A stretch of DNA of 61,365 bases from Phycisphaera mikurensis NBRC 102666 (lineage in GTDB: Bacteria > Planctomycetota > Phycisphaerae > Phycisphaerales > SM1A02). Each line of letters opens with the position of its first letter. Position 1 is the stretch's first letter. The notes beneath the pieces were generated by a model. That model was not told the DNA's origin. It worked only from the letters and a program-made list of their open reading frames with translations, and did not search any database. The position numbers and the translations under genes were made by a program. Of the stretch, positions 56,382 through 61,365 are shown piece by piece. The stretch lies in the NCBI GenBank assembly GCA_945877905.1, contig CAMDUT010000001.1, positions 1-61,365 of the forward strand. The letters run 5' to 3'.

Positions 56382-57305
56382 TCACTTCGGCTTGTTCGTG
56401 TTCGCCAAGGCGACCACCTTCGCGCCGTCTCCCGTCCCCTGAAACACGCAGAGGAAGGGCGCGGGATCGGCCGGCAGGGTCGTCCAGCCGATCTTCTGCC
56501 CCATGGTGAGCGTGCAGGTGACCACCGTGAGCCCGCCGCACGCCGTGGCGCGCGCGTCGGCGATCACGGGCTCGGTGGTGGTCGCGTGCGACGCGCCCTT
56601 CACGATGTCGGCCTTCGCCTTCTGGCCCTTGAAGTTCACGACCTGCATGCCCTCGGCGATCATCGCATCGAAGGGCGCGAGGTCCTTCGCGCGCTGCGCG
56701 TCGAGAAAGCGCCGCACCATCGCGGCACCGTCCTTCGAGGCGGACTCGTCGGCGGTCACGCGCGGCGCGCCGGGCGCAGGGCGCGCGGCAGGCATGTTGA
56801 GCGAGGCCCACGCCGCAAGCTTCCACCCGCCGGGCGCAGGCTGCCACACGCCGAGCCTGCACGCCGGCGCGGCGTCGAGCGGCGTGCCTGCGAGCGTCTG
56901 CGTCACCGACACCTGGCACGTGACGACGAGCGCGTCGCCCACGCGCGTGGCGATCACGTCGGTGACCTTCGGCCCCTTCGCGCCCATCGCCTTCACGGCC
57001 TCGAGCTGCTGCGCATGGCCAACCGCCCCGTCGAAGCCGATGCGCTGGAACCCCGGCTGCATCATGCGGTCGACCGCGGCGACGTCGGCGGCGGCGATCG
57101 CGCCCATCCACTGCGTGACGAGCGAGGTGCCGAGCGCGGCGAGCGCCTTGTCGTCGGAGGGCCACGCGGGCGCGGCCTGCGCCGCGGGGGAGGCCGCGGG
57201 CGCCGTGGGTGCGGCGGGTGCCTGCGCCCCGGCCAAGGGCATCGCGGCGCCGAGGGAGGCGAACGCACCGAGGACGGCGAGGAACGGGGCGGCGGGCTTG
57301 ATCAT
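56382..57305 (-). CDS. Secreted protein with two tandem NTF2-like (DUF4440/SnoaL) domains
   Basis: Signal MIKPAAPFLAVLGAFASLGAAMPLAGAQA. Two repeats each end in a GGWK/ALAN-type strand. Confidence 0.7.
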   Translation of the reverse strand: MIKPAAPFLAVLGAFASLGAAMPLAGAQAPAAPTAPAASPAAQAAPAWPSDDKALAALGTSLVTQWMGAIAAADVAAVDRMMQPGFQRIGFDGAVGHAQQLEAVKAMGAKGPKVTDVIATRVGDALVVTCQVSVTQTLAGTPLDAAPACRLGVWQPAPGGWKLAAWASLNMPAARPAPGAPRVTADESASKDGAAMVRRFLDAQRAKDLAPFDAMIAEGMQVVNFKGQKAKADIVKGASHATTTEPVIADARATACGGLTVVTCTLTMGQKIGWTTLPADPAPFLCVFQGTGDGAKVVALANTNKPK

Positions 57306-57327
57306 GCCGCGCAGACTAGCGTCGTGC

Positions 57328-58731
57328 TCACGGCCCGACCCATTGCCCGTCGACCAACCGGTACCGGACGGCGCGCGCCAGGCTCACGGGAGCGGTCCAT
57401 GTCGAGACGACGCTTCCCGCGGGCGAGACCTCGATCACGGTGGATGCGTTCGAGAGCGTGACGAGCGTCGTACCGGCCGGCGTCCGGAACGCGCCGCACT
57501 GGGTGGGCCCGCCGTAGAACGTCCCGGTGCCGCCGAACGTCCATGCGGGCTGCGCAGGGCCGAATGCCGCCGACGCGGGCACTTCGTAGGTGCCGCCCGC
57601 ACCGCGCGGCGGCACGATCTCGACCGCCTGCGACCAGTCGTTCGCCGCACCCGGGCGATCGCCGTTGTTGAACGCGATGATGTTCCCGGCGCCGGGCTGC
57701 CCCGCCGGCACCCATGCGGCCCCGTGCACGACGCTGAAGCGCGCGTCCGCGTCCGAGCCACGGCCGTAGTTGGCGGGGTTTCCCCATCGGTACAGGAAGT
57801 CGCCGCCGCGTCCTCGTGCGCCGCCGGCGGAGCCTGCGGCCTCGGCCGTGGTGGTGGAGTGGTCGATGACCCACACCTCGTTGACGTTGCGCGAGCTCAC
57901 GACGATCTCATCGCGCTCGGGGCTGTAGTCGATCGCGTTCAAGTGAACCCAGTCGCCCACGGCGGTGACGTTGCCCCGGTTGACGTCGAAGCGGCCGGGC
58001 AATTGCGCCGGCACGCCATAGCCGGGCAATGAGGGATCGACGGCCTGGACCAGGTGGTCCCACAGCTTCCACTCCCAGACCACGTCGTAGGTCCCGAAGC
58101 CCGTGAAGCGGATCTCGATGATGCGCTCGGACCACATCGGTCCAGCGAGGCCCTGCCGACCGGCCGCGGAGGCCTCGGCCTGCGATCGCGAGTCCCACAC
58201 CAGGCACAGCACGTTTCCGTTCGGCATCGGCCGCACGTCGTGGTGCTGGAGAAACCCCGTTCCCGAGATGCGCACGTCGTGCTGCAGGGCGCCGTCCGGC
58301 GCGAAGACCTGAATGCGTCCGCCGCGGCCGCCCGCGCTGAACCCGCCGCCCGGCAACACGCATGGCCGCACGAGCGAGCCGTCGGGGCGCAGGTACGCCA
58401 CGCTCGCGCCACCGGTGGCGCCGGTCCACGTGCGTACGGCGTTCCACTGGGCGTCGTAGGCCACGGTCGATCCGGAGTTGATGGCCGTCACCAGCGTCCA
58501 CTCCGGGTCCGCGGGGCACGGGCCCCACGCGGCGAGCAGGATGCCGAGGTCCGCGCCGTCGACGATGCCGTCGCCCGTCGCGTCGTGCTCGGGGGTGCCC
58601 CACGTCGCCAGCATCATGCCGAGGTCCGCGCCGTCGATGGCGCCGCTCGAATCGAGGTCCATGGGGCAACCGCCGGCATGGGAGCAGTCGATGGCCAGCG
58701 AGGCGAGCACCGCCGCCGCGGCGGGGATCAT
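57328..58731 (-). CDS. Arylsulfotransferase (ASST)-like beta-propeller protein with N-terminal dockerin/EF-hand-like repeats
   Basis: DLDSSGAIDGADLGMMLATWG...TGDGIVDGADLGILLAAWG, then HHDVRPMPNGNVL, DWVHLNAIDYSPERDEIVVSSRNVNEVWVIDHS and FLYRWGNPANYG. Confidence 0.8.
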   Translation of the reverse strand: MIPAAAAVLASLAIDCSHAGGCPMDLDSSGAIDGADLGMMLATWGTPEHDATGDGIVDGADLGILLAAWGPCPADPEWTLVTAINSGSTVAYDAQWNAVRTWTGATGGASVAYLRPDGSLVRPCVLPGGGFSAGGRGGRIQVFAPDGALQHDVRISGTGFLQHHDVRPMPNGNVLCLVWDSRSQAEASAAGRQGLAGPMWSERIIEIRFTGFGTYDVVWEWKLWDHLVQAVDPSLPGYGVPAQLPGRFDVNRGNVTAVGDWVHLNAIDYSPERDEIVVSSRNVNEVWVIDHSTTTAEAAGSAGGARGRGGDFLYRWGNPANYGRGSDADARFSVVHGAAWVPAGQPGAGNIIAFNNGDRPGAANDWSQAVEIVPPRGAGGTYEVPASAAFGPAQPAWTFGGTGTFYGGPTQCGAFRTPAGTTLVTLSNASTVIEVSPAGSVVSTWTAPVSLARAVRYRLVDGQWVGP

Positions 58732-58904
58732 GGGATGGACGTCTCGGGCGCGGGCCATGCACCATCATGCCACGGGTGCGCGCCGCGGGACGGGAAAGGG
58801 ACGCACGTGCGTCCGCAAATCCCGCGAAGGCCCGCAGAACGATGGAATGTCCGCCCGCACGGTCCCTTCCGCGTCGGGATCTTGAATTGGAATAGACTCG
58901 TGTC

Positions 58905-59516
58905 ATGACACGCCTCCGACCCGGTGCTTCCACGTTGGTCTGCTTCGCGCTTGCCGCCCTGGCGCTCCCGATGGGGGCCTGCGTCTCGATCGGAAATACG
59001 AAGACCACCACGGTGGCCGGGGCCGAGTCGCGCGCGCCCATCACCGAGCAGCAGGTCAACGCCGCGCAGCAGGCGTGGTGCGACGGGCTGGTGAACGTGG
59101 CGCAGACGCACGCACGCGGCGGCGACGCCAAGGCCGTGGCCGCCAGGATGATCGACGACCTCTACGACTACGCCGACGGCAAGGTCTTCTTCAAGCCGAC
59201 CCTCGCCTTCGGCCCGCGGACCTTCCGCCCGACGCGCGAGGGCGCGCTCGCCTACTTCGTCGGCGGCAATCCGGCGTTCCCCGAGGACACGGGCTTCGCG
59301 CTCAAGGGCTGGACGAAGGCGCGCTACGACAACAACGCGTCGGAGAACGGCATCCAGATCCACGGCGACATCGCGATCACGATGGGCAACGTCCACATCA
59401 CGGGCCCGGACGGCAAGGAGGTGATGGTCGACAAGACCTTCGTCTTCCGGCGATGCAAGGACGGGAACCTGCGCCTGTGCGTGCACAAGTCGGCCCTGCC
59501 CTTCAGCCCGAACTGA
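58905..59516 (+). CDS. NTF2-like lipoprotein
   Basis: Lipobox LPMGAC. ITEQQVNAAQQAWCDGLV...GKVFFKPTLA...IHGDIAITMGNVHITGPDGKEVMVDKTFVFRRCKDGNLRLCVHKSALPFSP. Confidence 0.7.
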   Translation: MTRLRPGASTLVCFALAALALPMGACVSIGNTKTTTVAGAESRAPITEQQVNAAQQAWCDGLVNVAQTHARGGDAKAVAARMIDDLYDYADGKVFFKPTLAFGPRTFRPTREGALAYFVGGNPAFPEDTGFALKGWTKARYDNNASENGIQIHGDIAITMGNVHITGPDGKEVMVDKTFVFRRCKDGNLRLCVHKSALPFSPN

Positions 59517-59521
59517 GTCCC

Positions 59522-60367
59522 ATGCGAACCATCGCGATCATGCTGCTCGCCGCGGGCGCGTTCGCCGGCGGGTGCGCCGACGTCAAGCTGCAGGTCGGCC
59601 TGCACACGCGCTCGGCCGTCTACGCGAACTCGCTGCTCGAGCAGGAGAAGGGCGCGATGGCGATCCTCACCGCGAACCCGCCGCGCGTGGGGACGCTCCA
59701 GGGCGTCTCGCCGGGCGCACCGCTGCGCGGCCTGGGCGCGTTCGCGTCCGACGCGATCCGCGTCGGCCTGCACCGCGAGTGCCCGCGGTCCACCGTGCTC
59801 ACGGGCCCCGCCACCGTGGGGCTCGCGGCGCGCGTGGGCAAGTCGCGAGAGCTGGCGAAGCTCCTCGAGGACGCGAACAACTCGGGGATCCTGGCAGCCG
59901 AGGACCTCGCGGCGCTCGGCAAGGCCACGGGGCTCGACTACTTCTTCCTGGGCACGGTCGCGTCGCACGGCACCACCAACGCGGTGCGTCTCAACCCGCT
60001 GGGCCTGACCATGGTGCGGAGCGACTGGACCACCATGAACATGATCCTGCAGCTCTGGCACGCCCCGAGCGGCCGGATCGTGTGGCAGTCGGTGGGCGAC
60101 TCGACCGGTTACACCGAGTCGGTGGTGTCGAACCCGGTGTCGGTGCACGCGGTGATGAGCGACCTCGCGGCCGCGATGCTGTCGGACCTCATCCAGGGCC
60201 GGTCGCGCACGACCGTCACCCGGGTCGGCGACGGACCGGTGCGCCTCGAGGCCGAGCCCGGGGACCCGAACACCCATCGGTGGGAGGAGCGCGACGACGA
60301 GGACGCGTATGCGCCGGCCGACAGGCCGGAGATCGAGCCCGAGCCCGGGTCCGGGCCCGGCCGTTGA
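59522..60367 (+). CDS. Hypothetical lipoprotein
   Basis: MRTIAIMLLAAGAFAGGC lipobox, starting 5 nt after the upstream stop. Balanced composition with an acidic C-terminal tail. I recognise no family. Confidence 0.6.
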   Translation: MRTIAIMLLAAGAFAGGCADVKLQVGLHTRSAVYANSLLEQEKGAMAILTANPPRVGTLQGVSPGAPLRGLGAFASDAIRVGLHRECPRSTVLTGPATVGLAARVGKSRELAKLLEDANNSGILAAEDLAALGKATGLDYFFLGTVASHGTTNAVRLNPLGLTMVRSDWTTMNMILQLWHAPSGRIVWQSVGDSTGYTESVVSNPVSVHAVMSDLAAAMLSDLIQGRSRTTVTRVGDGPVRLEAEPGDPNTHRWEERDDEDAYAPADRPEIEPEPGSGPGR

Positions 60368-60405
60368 GCGGCGCGCCGGCCGCATGGACACGACGGCGCG
60401 CGGCG

Positions 60406-60975
60406 CTAGCGCGCCATCGGCCGGAAGCACGCCGCGCAGGTGGCCACGAAGTCGCCGATCCCGCCCACCACGACGCGCTCGCGCGTGGGGATCAATCGCT
60501 CGCTGTGGGTGCTCGGCGCGCCGCAGCGGGCGCACGTGCCCGCGATCCGCGTCACGACCGACGCGCGCGGGAGCAGCGCGTCGAACGGCGCGAACGCGCC
60601 GCCGAAGTGGTCGATGTCGCAGCCGGCCACGGTGACGTCCGCGCCGGCGGCGAGGAGCGCCTCGATGGGCGGCACCGCGTCGCTCCCGAAGAAGTGCACC
60701 TCGTCCACGAACACGGCCTCGCCGGCGCCGGCGCGCACCTCGTCGAGCGCACGCACGGGCAGGGCGGGCTCGCGCCGGCCGTCGTGCGTCGCAAGCGCGA
60801 CCGCGTCGTAGCGGGTGTCGCGCGCGGGCTTCACCACGATCGCGCAGCGGCCGGCAGCGCGTGCGGCGGCGATGCGCGCGAGCAGCGCCGTGGTCTTCCC
60901 GGCGAACATGGGGCCGCAGATCACCTCGAGGGTGCCGGATGACGCGGGCGGGGGATTGCCTGGGCCGTCGGGCAT
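60406..60975 (-). CDS. tdk: Thymidine kinase
   Basis: VICGPMFAGKTTAL (P-loop), VFVDEVHFF, and the C-terminal Zn motif CARCG...CAAC. Confidence 0.9.
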   Translation of the reverse strand: MPDGPGNPPPASSGTLEVICGPMFAGKTTALLARIAAARAAGRCAIVVKPARDTRYDAVALATHDGRREPALPVRALDEVRAGAGEAVFVDEVHFFGSDAVPPIEALLAAGADVTVAGCDIDHFGGAFAPFDALLPRASVVTRIAGTCARCGAPSTHSERLIPTRERVVVGGIGDFVATCAACFRPMAR

Positions 60976-61043
60976 GCGACCGAAGGAACGCGCCCCGCAG
61001 CGGGGCTGCGGGGCGCAGGGTAGTCAGTCGGGACGGCGGGCCG

Positions 61044-61365
61044 TCAGCGGCGCGCGCGGCGCGAGCCGACGACGCCGGCCACGCCCAGGAGCGCGAGCGC
61101 GCCCGGGGCGGGCACCGGGATGAACAGGTCGGCACGGTCCCAGTTGGCCGAGTTGATCCGCTGCGAGTGGTTCCCGGCGAGCAGGTCGCCGAAGCTGTTG
61201 TAGACATCGAAGCTTGAAACGCTGCCGTTCGGGCCGCCGGTGTTCGTCCGGTAGAACTTGCCCTCGAAGGCGAAGAAGCGGTCGTTCCAGCCGTACGTGG
61301 TGCTGTACGCGGAGTATTGCCCGTTCGTGCCGGCCACGAAATCCTGGAACGAGGTGTACTTGGTC
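61044..61365 (-). CDS. PEP-CTERM sorting-domain protein. The 5' end lies outside the window.
   Basis: The C-terminus is FIPVPAPGALALLGVAGVVGSRRARR. The reading frame stays open to the window edge. Confidence 0.75.
   Translation of the reverse strand, partial: TKYTSFQDFVAGTNGQYSAYSTTYGWNDRFFAFEGKFYRTNTGGPNGSVSSFDVYNSFGDLLAGNHSQRINSANWDRADLFIPVPAPGALALLGVAGVVGSRRARR

Overview
A very GC-rich chromosomal segment. Its gene content suggests a Planctomycetota/PVC-type organism, possibly Phycisphaerae-like, but that is inference only. The signals are five PEP-CTERM-tailed secreted proteins, a prepilin-type FTLVELLVVIGIIGLL N-terminus, an ECF sigma factor divergent from a Ser/Thr kinase, and dockerin/EF-hand-like DxDxDG modules. 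Because of the GC content, most long ORFs in the supplied track are antisense or off-frame artefacts rich in R/A/G/P. I called genes only where the translation has normal composition and recognisable motifs.

Content from left to right:
- Two tandem PEP-CTERM genes.
- An L-fucose scavenging locus: GH29 fucosidase, mutarotase, bifunctional fucokinase/GDP-fucose pyrophosphorylase, and a sugar ABC importer.
- A small accessory patch between convergent tRNA-Pro and tRNA-Ser.
- A Ser/Thr kinase with an ECF sigma factor, plus an RCC1-propeller protein.
- Housekeeping genes: truB, lspA, a DksA-like gene, accA, proC, mltA, tatA.
- An ABC-2 exporter.
- A vapBC pair.
- A roughly 12 kb island inserted in tRNA-Val. 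It is bounded by a 24-bp direct repeat and carries an HME-RND metal efflux operon, two broken integrase fragments and a less GC-rich insert.
- cfa and katG.
- A type III polyketide synthase operon.
- A run of secreted NTF2-like proteins, lipoproteins and an ASST-like protein.
- tdk.

I saw no CRISPR array, rRNA or obvious phage structural module. No single locus is clearly a new system. The best candidates are ranked in the findings.
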